Assembly (NCBI RefSeq): GCF_902652985.1
Contig: NC_047018.1
Coordinates: 12,834,001-12,898,000 of the forward strand
Length of the DNA stretch: 64,000 nt
Reading direction: 5' to 3'
Source: Pecten maximus
Taxonomy: Eukaryota
Shown here: in pieces, positions 52,290 to 64,000 of the stretch
Numbering within the stretch: position 1 is the first letter of the stretch
How the letters are laid out: every line of letters starts with the position of its first letter
Notes under the pieces: generated by a model
The model's database searches: none
What the model was told of the DNA's origin: nothing
The model's input: the letters and a program-made list of their open reading frames with translations, nothing else
Made by a program: the position numbers and the translations under genes

Positions 52290-53740
52290 CCTATTATCAT
52301 TGTGTGTACCGTTAACAGTATCTGACTGTACACCCTATAACCGTTGTGTGTATCTGACTGTACACCCTATAACCGTTGTGTGTACCGTTAACAGTATCTG
52401 ACTGTACACCCTAAACCGTTAACAGTATCTGACTGTACACCCTATAACCGTTGTGTGTATCTGACTGTACACCCTATAACCGTTGTGTGTACCGTTAACA
52501 GTATCTGACTGTACACCCTATAACCGTTAACAGTATCTGACTGTACACCCTAGAACCGTTGTGTGTACCATTAACAGTATCTGACTGTACACCCTATAAC
52601 CATTGTGTGTATCGTTAACAGTATCTGACTGTACACCCTATAACCATTGTGTGTACCATTAACAGTATCTGACTGTACACCCTATAACCATTGTGTGTAC
52701 CGTTAACAGTATCTGACTGTACACCCTATAACCGTTAACAGTATCTGACTGTACACCCTATTACTGTGTGTATCTGACTGTACACCCTATAACCATTGTG
52801 TGTACCATTAACAGTATCAGACTGTACACCCTATAACCGTTGTGTGTACCGTTAACAGTATCTGACTGTACACCCTATAACCGTTAACAGTATCTGACTG
52901 TACACCCTATAACCATTGTGTGTACCGTTAACAGTATCTGACTGTACACCCTATAACCATTGTGTGTACCGTTAACAGTATCTGACTGTACACCCTATAA
53001 CCGTTATGTGTACCGTTAACAGTATCTGACTGTACACCCTATAACCGTTGTGTGCACCATTAACAGTATCTGACTGTACACCCTATAACCGTTGTGTGTA
53101 TCTGAGTGTACACCCTATTACTGTGTGTATCTGACTGTACACCCTATAACCGTTGTGTGTACCATTAACAGTATCAGACTGTACACCCTATAACCGTTGT
53201 GTGTATCGTTAACAGTATCTGACTGTACACCCTATAACTGTGTGTATCTGACTGTACACCCTATAACCGTTGTGTGTACCATTAACAGTATCAGACTGTA
53301 CACCCTATAACTGTGTGTATCTGACTGTACACCCTATAACCGTTGTGTGTACCATTAACAGTATCAGACTGTACACCCTATTACTGTGTGTATCTGACTG
53401 TACACCCTATCACCACTGTACACCCTATTACTGTGTGTATCTGAGTGTACACCCTATTACTGTGTGTATCTGACTGTACATCCTATTACTGTGTGTATCT
53501 GAGTGTACATCCTATAACTGTGTGTATCTGACTGTACACCCTATAACCGTTGTGTGTATCTGAGTGTACACCCTATAACTGTATGTATCTGACTGTACAC
53601 CCTATTACTGTGTGTATCCGAGTGTACACCCTATTACTGTGTGTATTTGAGTGTACACCCTATAACCGTTGTGTGTACCGTTAACAGTATCTGACTGTAC
53701 ACCCTATAACTGTGTGTATCTCAGTGTACACCCTATCACC
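52290..53740. repeat. Compound minisatellite (44/31/28-bp variants)
   Basis: Core TATCTGACTGTACACCCTATAACCGTTGTGTG(TACCGTTAACAG). Confidence 0.93.
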
Positions 53741-54349
53741 ATTGTAAATGTGTGTATCGATCATGCAACAAGGTCTGATTATCTATACCTACATTATATA
53801 ACATCACTTTGGTATGTTATACTGAAAAACATTCTACCAAGTACCAATAAGAAAAACATACAAATCTTTACCATATGATCATTTCACACCCGTACAACAT
53901 GTGATCCTAGACTACAATAGAACCATGTCACTGTCTAATAGGTACCAAACACAGCCATCAATTACAGGTACATATAACGAGCCCATCTAGTGGCAGTATA
54001 AAAGGGGGTTGTTTGGGGGTACACACTTTATTAATGAAACAACAATCTTGTAGTGCTCTGATGTTCTACAAGAGATATACAAGAGCAAAAGGCATTGTAG
54101 TATATCCTTACACTCAATCAAGTGTTCTGATGTGGAAGTTATTCATAGTACCAACACGCTCCATCAACAAAGTGCTTAGTTACACTATTAGTGTGAACAA
54201 GACAAACGGACCAGACCGTGGATAATTTAAATCATCGGAATCAGTAGCCATTGTGACTTTTGCCAGCTGACAATTAGGTTTGGTGCTTGGCGAGTAGGAG
54301 TGATTAGTTCGGTCAATGGGCAGCGGTCAACGGCAGCGTATGCTAGCCT

Positions 54350-55800
54350 CACCTGATTATGATGTTACTGTACTTATAGGGTATGTGAGTGAATCGTCTC
54401 CACTCCTCATCTGATTACGATGTTACAGTACTATAGGGTATGAGTGAATCGTCTCCACTCCTCATCTGATTATGATGTTACAGTACTATAGGGTATGAGT
54501 GAATCGTCTCCACTCCTCATCTGATTATGATGTTACAGTACTATAGGGTATGAGTGAATCGTCTCCACTCCTCATCTGATTATGATGTTACAGTACTATA
54601 GGGTATGAGTGAATCGTCTCCACTCCTCATCTGATTATGATGTTACAGTACTATAGGGTATGAGTGAATCGTCTCCACCCCTCATCTGATTACGATGTTA
54701 CAGTACTATAGGGTATGAGTGAATCGTCTCCACTCCTCATCTGATTACGATGTTACAGTACTATAGGGTATGAGTGAATCGTCTCCACTCCTCATCTGAT
54801 TACGATGTTACAGTACTATAGGGTATGAGTGAATCGTCTCCACTCCTCATCTGATTATGATGTTACTGTACTATAAGGTATGAGTGAATCGTCTCCACTC
54901 CTCATCTGATTACGATGTTACAGTACTATAGGGTATGAGTGAATCGTCTCCACTCCTCATCTGATTATGATGTTACTGTACTATAGGGTATGAGTGAATC
55001 GTCTCCACTCCTCATCTGATTATGATGTTACTGTACTATAGGGTATGTGAGTGAATCGTCTCCACTCCTCATCTGATTATGATGTTACTGTACTATAGGG
55101 TATGAGTGAATCGTCTCCACTCCTCATCTGATTATGATGAATCGTCTCCACTCCTCATCTGATTATGATGTTACAGTACTATAGGGTATGAGTGAATCGT
55201 CTCCACTCCTCATCTGATTATGATGAATCGTCTCCACTCCTCATCTGATTACGATGTTACAGTACTATAGGGTATGAGTGAATCGTCTCCACTCCTCATC
55301 TGATTACGATGTTACAGTACTATAGGGTATGAGTGAATCGTCTCCACTCCTCATCTGATTACGATGTTACAGTACTATAGGGTATGAGTGAATCGTCTCC
55401 ACTCCTCATCTGATTACGATGTTACAGTACTATAGGGTATGAGTGAATCGTCTCCACTCCTCATCTGATTATGATGTTACAGTACTATAGGGTATGAGTG
55501 AATCGTCTCCACTCTCATCTGATTACGATGTTACAGTACTATAGGGTATGAGTGAATCGTCTCCACTCCTCATCTGATTACGATGTTACTGTACTATAGG
55601 GTATGTGAGTGAATCGTCTCCACTCCTCATCTGATTATGATGTTACAGTACTATAGGGTATGAGTGAATCGTCTCCACTCCTCATCTGATTACGATGTTA
55701 CAGTACTATAGGGTATGAGTGAATCGTCTCCACTCCTCATCTGATTATGATGTTACAGTACTATAGGGTATGAGTGAATGTCTCCACTCCTCATCTGATT
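54350..55800. repeat. Minisatellite, 55-bp unit, ~27 copies
   Basis: Unit GAGTGAATCGTCTCCACTCCTCATCTGATTATGATGTTACAGTACTATAGGGTAT. Confidence 0.95.
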
Positions 55801-55830
55801 AGACAACATGTAAACATCTTATGTCCTTAC

Positions 55831-55922
55831 CTTCTGTCCTCAGCCAACAATGCCACTTATAATCACACTTGGTCCCAATCAAACTGTCACTTCAGTGGCA
55901 TCAATGGATCACCATACACAAT
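55831..55922 (-). other. Candidate non-coding 5'UTR exon of the NCS gene (92 nt)
   Basis: A unique island between two arrays, bounded by acceptor ctctgttttatag| and donor AAG|gtaagg, with stops in all three frames. Confidence 0.3.
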
Positions 55923-55949
55923 CTATAAAACAGAGACGGTGACATTATA

Positions 55950-56240
55950 GCAAAACATACAGGGAGCATTACAACACCATACAGGACATAACATACGGGG
56001 GGATTACAATATCATACAGGACAAAACATACGGGGGGATTACAAAACCATACAGGACATAACATACAGGGGGGATTACAACACCATACAGGACAAAACAT
56101 ACAGGGGGCATTACAACACCATACAGGACATAACATACGGGGGGATTACAATATCATACAGGACAAAACATACAGGGGGATTACAATACCATACAGGACA
56201 TAACATACAGGTGGGATACAGGACACAACATACAGGCACA
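55950..56240. repeat. Minisatellite, ~35-36-bp unit, ~8 copies
   Basis: Unit CATACAGGGGGATTACAACACCATACAGGACAAAA. Confidence 0.88.
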
Positions 56241-56559
56241 TCCCCAACCCCCTCACCCTCAGGAACCCCCTTTTCCTCAAACCTCAGTAACCCCCTCCCA
56301 ACAATCCATTCAATACAGGCCACCATTCAAAAATTGTCCAAGAGTACACACATGGGTTTCAGCCTGTGAGGATGTACTCTACTTTTGTACTGCTAACGTT
56401 AATGAGCTTGTTTCATGTTTGCCTTCAATCCTACAGGTGACCTTCTGCCATAAAACATACTGCTGACCCTACCCCTCCTACAGCTGCATTAACCTTACAA
56501 GTAACTAAGTGCATCATGCATACAAACTACCACAGCACACAATACACCTCAACAGAAAA

Positions 56560-59125
56560 CACACAATCTGTACAGACAACACACGATCTGTACAGACAAC
56601 ACACAATCTGTACAGACACCACACAATCTCTATAGACAACACACAATCTGTACAGACAACACACCATCTGTACAGACAACACACAATCTGTACAGACACC
56701 ACACAATCTCTATAGACAACACACGATCTGTACAGACAACACACCATCTGTACAGACAACACACAATCTGTACAGACACCACACAATCTCTAGACAACAC
56801 ACAATCTGTACAGACAACACACGATCTGTACAGACAACACACCAGACAACACACCATCTGTACAGACAACACACCATCTGTACAGACAACACACAATCTC
56901 TATAGACAACACACAATCTGTACAGACAACACACAATCTGTACAGACAACACACAATCTGTACAGACAACACACCATCTGTACAGACAACACACCATCTG
57001 TACAGACAACACACTATCTGTACAGACAACACACCATCTGTACAGACAACACACAATCTGTACAGACAACACACAATCTCTATAGACAGCACACAATCTC
57101 TATAGACAACACATCATCTGTACAGACAACACACCATCTGTACAGACAACACACAATCTGTACAGACAACACACCATCTGTACAGACAACACACAATCTG
57201 TACAGACAACACACCATCTGTACAGACAACACACCATCTGTACAGACAACACACCATCTGTACAGACAATTATCACACAATCTGTACAGACAACACACCA
57301 TCTGTACAGACAACACAACATCTGTACAGACAACGAAAAAAAATGTAAGACAACACACAATCTCTATAGACAACACACAATCTGTACAGACAACACACGA
57401 TCTGTACAGACAACACACAATCTGTACAGACAACACACAATCTGTAAAGACAACACACAATCTGTACAGACAACACACAATCTGTACAGACAACACACAA
57501 TCTCTATAGACAGCACACAATCTCTATAGACAACACATCATCTGTACAGACAACACACCATCTGTACAGACAACACACAATCTGTACAGACAACACACAA
57601 TCTGTAAAGACAACACACAATATGTACAGACAACACACCATCTGTACAGTCAACACACAATCTGTACAGACAACACACAATCTCTTTAGACAACACACAA
57701 TCTGTACAGACAACACATCATCTATACAGACAACACATCATCTATACAGACAACACATTATTTGTACAGACAACACACAATACACCTCTACCCACAATAC
57801 ACCATCTGTAAAGACAATACATTATCTGTACAGACAACACACAATCTCTACAGACAACACACAATCTGTACAGACAATACACAATCTGTACAGACAACAC
57901 ATTGTCTGTACAGACAACACACAATATGTACAGACAACACACAATATGTACAGACAACACACAATACACCTCTACCCACAACACACAATCAGTACAGACA
58001 ACACACAATCTGTACAGACAACACACAATCTCTACAGACAACACACAATCTGTACAGATAATACACAATCTGTTCAGACAACACATTATCTGTACAGACA
58101 ACACACAATATGTACAGACAACACTCAATACACCTCTACCCACAACACACAATCTGTACAGACAACACAAAATCTGTACAGACAACACACAATCTGTACA
58201 GACAACACACAATCTGTACAGACAACACACCATCTGTACAGACAACACATCATCTATACAGACAACGCACCATCTCTATAGACAACACACAATCTCTACA
58301 GACAACACACAATCTGTACAGACAACACACAATCTGTACAGATAACACATTATCTGTACAGACAACACATTATTTGTACAGACAACACACAATACACCTC
58401 TACCCACAACACACAATCTGTACAGACAACACACAATCTGTACAGACAACACACAATATGTACAGACAACACACAATATGTACAGACAACACACAATACA
58501 CCTCTACCCACAACACACCATCTGTACAGACAACACACAATCTGTACAGACAACACACAATCTGTACAGACAACACACAATATCTATAGACAACACACAA
58601 TCTGTACAGACAATACATCATCTATACAGACAACACAACATCTGTACAGATAACACACGATATGTACAGACAATGCACCATCTGTACAGACAACACACAA
58701 TCTGTACAGACAATACATCATCTATACAGACAACACACGATCTGTACAGACAACACACGATCTGGACAGACAACGCACCATCTGTACAGACAACACACCA
58801 TCTGTACAGACAACACATCATCTATACAGACAACACATCATCTGTACAGACAACACATCATCTGTACAGACAACACACAATCTGTACAGACAACACAAAA
58901 TATGTACAGACAACACATTATCTGTACAGACAACACACAATATGTACAGACAAAACATCATCTGTAGACAACACACTATCTGTACAGACAACACACAATC
59001 TGTACAGACAACACACAATCTGTACAGACAACACACAATATGTACAGACAACACACAATATGTACAGACAAAACATCATCTGTAGACATCACACAATCTG
59101 TACAGACAGCACATCATCTCTACAG
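56560..59125. repeat. Minisatellite, 20-bp unit, ~125 copies
   Basis: Unit ACACAATCTGTACAGACAAC, which contains the perfect palindrome TCTGTACAGA. Confidence 0.96.
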
Positions 59126-59335
59126 GCAGACTACCTCTCCTCTATAGACAATATATCATCTCTGAACTATACAGATCATATGCACATTCCTTGCCTGTAA
59201 TGTTATACATACATACATACAAAATCAACATCAGACCACGACCTCATTTTAATGTATAATAACACATTCTGATACAGAATTAGCAAGAAGGCCATGAACC
59301 TGAATCAATGTGACATACTGTTTTATTTAGAATAA

Positions 59336-59745
59336 TAACCCTGTAAAACCCTGTATTGTCTTTAACCCTATATTGTGTTTAACCCTGTAAAACCCTGTAT
59401 TGTCTACAACCCTATATTGTGTATAACCCTGTAAAACCCTATATTTTTGTATAACCCTGTAAAACCCTATATTTGTGTTTAACCCTATAAAACCCTGTAT
59501 TGTCTATAACCCTATATTGTGTATAACCCTGTAAAACCCTATATTTGTGTATAACCCTGTAAAACCCTATATTTGTGTTTAACCCTATAAAACCCTATAT
59601 TGTGTATAACCCTATAAAACCCTATATTGTATACAACCCTATAAAACCCTATATTGTGTATAACCCTATAAAACCCTGTTTTGTGTACAACCCTATAAAA
59701 CCTGGTATTGTGTATAACCCTGTATAACCTTGTTTTGTGTATAAT
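59336..59745. repeat. AACCCT-rich minisatellite
   Basis: Unit approximately AACCCTGTAAAACCCTATATTGTGTAT. Confidence 0.88.
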
Positions 59746-61659
59746 TTAAGATTTAAGGCCCCGTACAAAGACTCACTGACCAGTTTGTAGAGATCCTGAG
59801 AGACAACTGTTTCTAGGACAATGAAGACAAATGGTGCCTTTCCCGGCTGTGATATCCACTGATTTGGAGCACAACCGTTCACCAGTGAAACACCTAATTT
59901 GTGACATTTTACCAATGGATTCTCTTTCCCTACACACAAAACACAGGGTTTCTGGTGCATGTAATCATATAGAGACATGTATTGTTTGGGAATATTTGAC
60001 ACTGAATACCTTCTTCACTGGACACCAGTCGTGGACACCAGTGAAAAGGCAAATTAAGTTACATTTTCCATAGCTCTGTTCCTGTTACAAGTGATCTTTG
60101 ATGTGTTCCTGAGATATTGAGACAGAAGTTGATATAAATTCCAAATACCATGGATAATTAAAATTAATGGGGTTTCTCCCTTCAAACTTCATATAGGTCC
60201 TTAAAAACAGAACGATTGATTTGATTCCAGTAGTCTATAGTGTGTAACATATAATTCCAATCAAGAATATCTGACTAGTGGGATTGGCCTTTAGGTGTCT
60301 AGCGAGTGTAAAAACTACAAGCTTTTTATGGTCTCTTGAGGTTATTAATCACTTCACCACTGTGAAATTAGACATGTTTATAATATTTGTGGATTCACAT
60401 CTATTATACACAATATGTTGATACAATTCTACAAAGATGGATATGTAAGGAAAGCATGGATAAGTTCTTTGAAATAAACTTGTAAACTTCCTTGGTAGAT
60501 ATATTGTTTTTGAAAATTCTTTTACTGTGTAAAATTAATAGACTTTTTATAGATTTATATCAATTTTCCCTGGCCCTATTTCATCCTTTAGGGTCTACAT
60601 CAGTTGCATAAATTCCTATTCTCGGGGAGTAGTCAATAATATTATAAACCATAGTGTTCCTGATTTCTGATCATGAGCTCGTCAGCCCAGCCCTGGAATA
60701 ATCTAAAGGTAGGTTACACCATTTACTTATTGAGTTTCCCTTGGCCGATATATTTCTCCTCTGGTCTCAGAAATCAATTCCTATGTATAATCTACATTTT
60801 TATGGTTTCATCGTCTAGGCCACATGTAAGAGGTTAGTAAGATGGAGGTGCTACACCAGACCCCTGTGTTTCCCCATGTGACGCCTAGAAAGGCCAGTAA
60901 TTGGGTGCACACATTCAGTGGTAAATACTCCTATTAAACAGCATATCTCTAATGCACACACAAAAATAAACACAGACAAAATCTTTGGCAACACCTGCCC
61001 CAAACCTGACAATGATTCATAAACAAATATAAACAACATGTGGTTTAGTACAGACAATCCTTCTATACATCAAAACTACACTTCTCAGCTCCTTGTTTGT
61101 GTAAAGGCAGAAAAGACATATGTTTAAAGAAATAAATACAATACTGACGCAAACTTATTCTTTTTTGACATCTGAATCATCGAGATTTTAGGTGTAATGT
61201 CCAAATTATCTTTTCTTCAGCAGGTTCTCCTGCTGTATTGAGTATTAGGCCTCAGTAACCGGAACAGACATGTTTTTTTCTGTCTCCTATCTGTATACCT
61301 TATCCATACAAATCAGTTGCCATTGAAATCAGTTCACTTTTACATAGACGAGTTGCTATGATAAGTCATCATGATGACGATCAACGGCATGATAACAATT
61401 TGGCAATGAGCCTTTTTAAATGTCAAAACTGACAGAACATTATTGAATCGAGGCCTTTCATGACCATCTGCTTTAACACCTGAGCCATACAACAAATTTA
61501 CTAATCTAATCGTTTGTCCCGAGTAAATAATTGTCCTCCTTCTAGATTCTGATTATCCTTACTGTAGCCACTCAATGATATGGTTCCCCAACTTGACTTC
61601 TCAACCTCGGCTCTCAAACTGAGAATCCTCAGAACCTGGTTCCCCAACCCAGACTCCTC

Positions 61660-63132
61660 AACCCTCTGGCTCCCCAACCTCAGCTCTCAAACCCAGACTT
61701 CCCAAACCTCAGCTCTCAAACCCAGACTTCCCAAACCTGGCTCTCAAACCCAGACTTCCCAAACCTGGCTCTCAAACCTAGCTCTTAAACCCAGACTTCC
61801 CAAACCTGGCTCTCAAACCTCAGCTCTTAAACCCAGACTTCCCAAACCTGGCTCCCCAACCTCAGCTCTCAAACCCAGACTTCCCAAACCTGGCTCCCCA
61901 GCCTCAGCTCTTAAACCCAGACTTCCCAAACCTGGCTCTCAAACCCAGACTTCCCAAACCTGGCTCCCCAACCTCAGCTCTCAAACCCAGACTTCCCAAA
62001 CCTGGCTCCCCAACCTCAGCTCTTAAACCCAGACTTCCCAAACCTGGCTCCCCAACCTCAGCTCTTAAACCCAGACTTCCCAAACCTGGCACTCAAACCT
62101 CAGCTCTCAAACCCAGACTCCCCAAACCTGGCTCCCCAACCTCAGCTCTCAAACCCAGACTCCCCAAACCTGGCTCTCAAACCTCAGCTCTTAAACCCAG
62201 ACTTCCCAAACCTGGCTCTCAAACCTCAGCTCTTAAACCCAGACTCCCCAAACCTGGCTCCCCAACCTCAGCTCTTAAACCCAGACTTCCCAAACCTGGC
62301 TCCCCAACCTCAGCTCTTAAACCCAGACTTCCCAAACCTGGCACTCAAACCTCAGCTCTCAAACCCAGACTCCCCAAACCTGGCTCCCCAACCTCAGCTC
62401 TTAAACCCAGACTCCCCAAACCTGGCTCTCAAACCCAGACTCCCCAAACCTGGCTCTCAAACCTCAGCTCTCAAACCCAGACTCCCCAAACCTGGCTCTC
62501 AAACCTCAGCTCTCAAACCCAGACTTCCCAAACCTGGCTCTCAAACCCAGACTTCCCAAACCTGGCTCTCAAACCCAGACTCCCCAAACCTGGCTCTCAA
62601 ACCCAGACTCCCCAAACCTGGCTCTCAAACCTCAGCTCTTAAACCCAGACTCCCCAAACCTGGCTCTCAAACCCAGACTCCCCAAACCTGGCTCTCAAAC
62701 CTGGCTCTCAAACCCAGACTTCCCAAACCTGGCTCTCAAACCTCAGCTCTCAAACCCAGACTCCCCAAACCTGGCTCTCAAACCTCAGCACTCAAACCCA
62801 GACTTCCCAAACCTGGCTCTCAAACCCAGACTCCCCAAACCTGGCTCTCAAACCCAGACTCCCCAAACCTGGCTCTCAAACCTGGCTCTCAAACCCAGAC
62901 TTCCCAAACCTGGCTCTCAAACCTCAGCTCTTAAACCCAGACTCCCCAAACCTGGCTCTCAAACCTGGCTCTTAAACCCAGACTCCCCAAACCTGGCTCT
63001 CAAACCCAGACTCCCCAAACCTGGCTCTCAAACCTGGCTCTTAAACCCAGACTCCCCAAACCTGGCTCTCAAACCCAGACTCCCCAAACCTGGCTCTCAA
63101 ACCTCAGCTCTTAAACCCAGACTCCCCAACCC
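61660..63132. repeat. C-rich modular minisatellite (13-15-bp subunits forming 28/42-bp units)
   Basis: Subunits AAACCCAGACTTCCC / AAACCTGGCTCTC / AAACCTCAGCTCTC. Confidence 0.93.
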
Positions 63133-64000
63133 TGATATGAATAATGGAAGTATATTTACACCGTCAAAAAGAATATGTTGACATAATTTTACAATTGATT
63201 TTACATATTTCATATTTAGTGAAATTGGTATTATCATTTTATTTGTATTCAATAAAGCATCTTATTTTCATATCTAGTGAGATTTTTTTTATTATTGTTT
63301 TATTTGTAATCATTAGCGGACTCCATTGATTATCTCCCATAGTAGTGGTTCCATTGTAAAAGACAAAGTGACAATTACCACGGATGACTATTGACAATGA
63401 CATCGTAATCTAATAACTCCTTAGCTTGTCACATGTTCCACAATTTACGCAGATAATTTAGCATGCCCTCATTACAAATATCAATTTTCTTACAGAAAAT
63501 AGTCTCTTAGTAATACACAGGTTAGACTGTCTAAATCAACTGTTACACAAATGCATCTTACCTCCAGGGTTTTGCTATGTAAAATGAATTTTTATTTTTT
63601 TTTAACCTCTGTTGGTTTATACCATTGCTGTACTGTTGTATAAGCTAATTTTATAAAGATCCAATAATGTTGTATTACAAATACATCTGTGTATATTTTT
63701 GTTCTCCATTCCTTTCTGTACTACAGAATAACCCAATTCATCATTTCATGTACTTTTCGGTTTTTTCCCCCCAAGCTCAATTTGTATTGTAGGAGCTGCT
63801 GTGGAATTAAAGTACATCCAGCCAGAGTTTACCTCTCCAAGGATGTCCCTGTGAAACCTAGATTTCTAAAACAAAGTACAGCAGCATAGATACCAGCTGA
63901 CGCATGTTGCTCGTGTCAGCAGGCTAATCACTCAAAGAGGAGCTCTGGCAGTTTTCATTATTTCAAAAAAAGTTCAAACATTTCTATAAATATTGTCGGT

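Noticed and set aside
857-63132. Arrays as CRISPR loci
   Set aside because: Units are head-to-tail with no unique spacers, there are no cas genes, and the context is a spliced eukaryotic gene.

Overview
This is eukaryotic, AT-rich genomic DNA. The SINE and Helentron-like repeat content suggests a bivalve mollusc, possibly a scallop (inference). The only supportable protein-coding gene is a minus-strand neuronal calcium sensor (NCS-2-like, 192 aa, N-myristoylation motif, four EF-hands). Its three coding exons are 14303-14193, 12262-11990 and 9530-9336, joined by phase-0 GT-AG introns. An acceptor just upstream of the ATG shows that the 5'UTR is spliced from further right, so part or all of 14.3-64 kb is probably 5' intron. 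About half of the window (roughly 33 kb by hand summation) is made of some 35 mostly unrelated minisatellite arrays with 20-79 bp units, and these account for almost all long ORFs in the track. Also present are a mariner transposase relic, a full tRNA-derived V-domain SINE with a target-site duplication, SINE fragments, Helentron-associated (HINE-like) elements and a CpG-rich hairpin element. Three observations stand out. (1) A minisatellite has amplified the real exon 1 / intron junction into 8 tandem ATG|GTAAGT donors, with an in-frame stop guarding the extra ones. (2) A 168-bp hairpin carries three regularly spaced TC/TC bubbles, next to a dense CRE/DR1/octamer/CCAAT cassette. (3) A second array carries two consensus donors per unit on the gene's strand. 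There is no CRISPR array or prokaryotic system, and I cannot claim a proven new biological system from the sequence alone.
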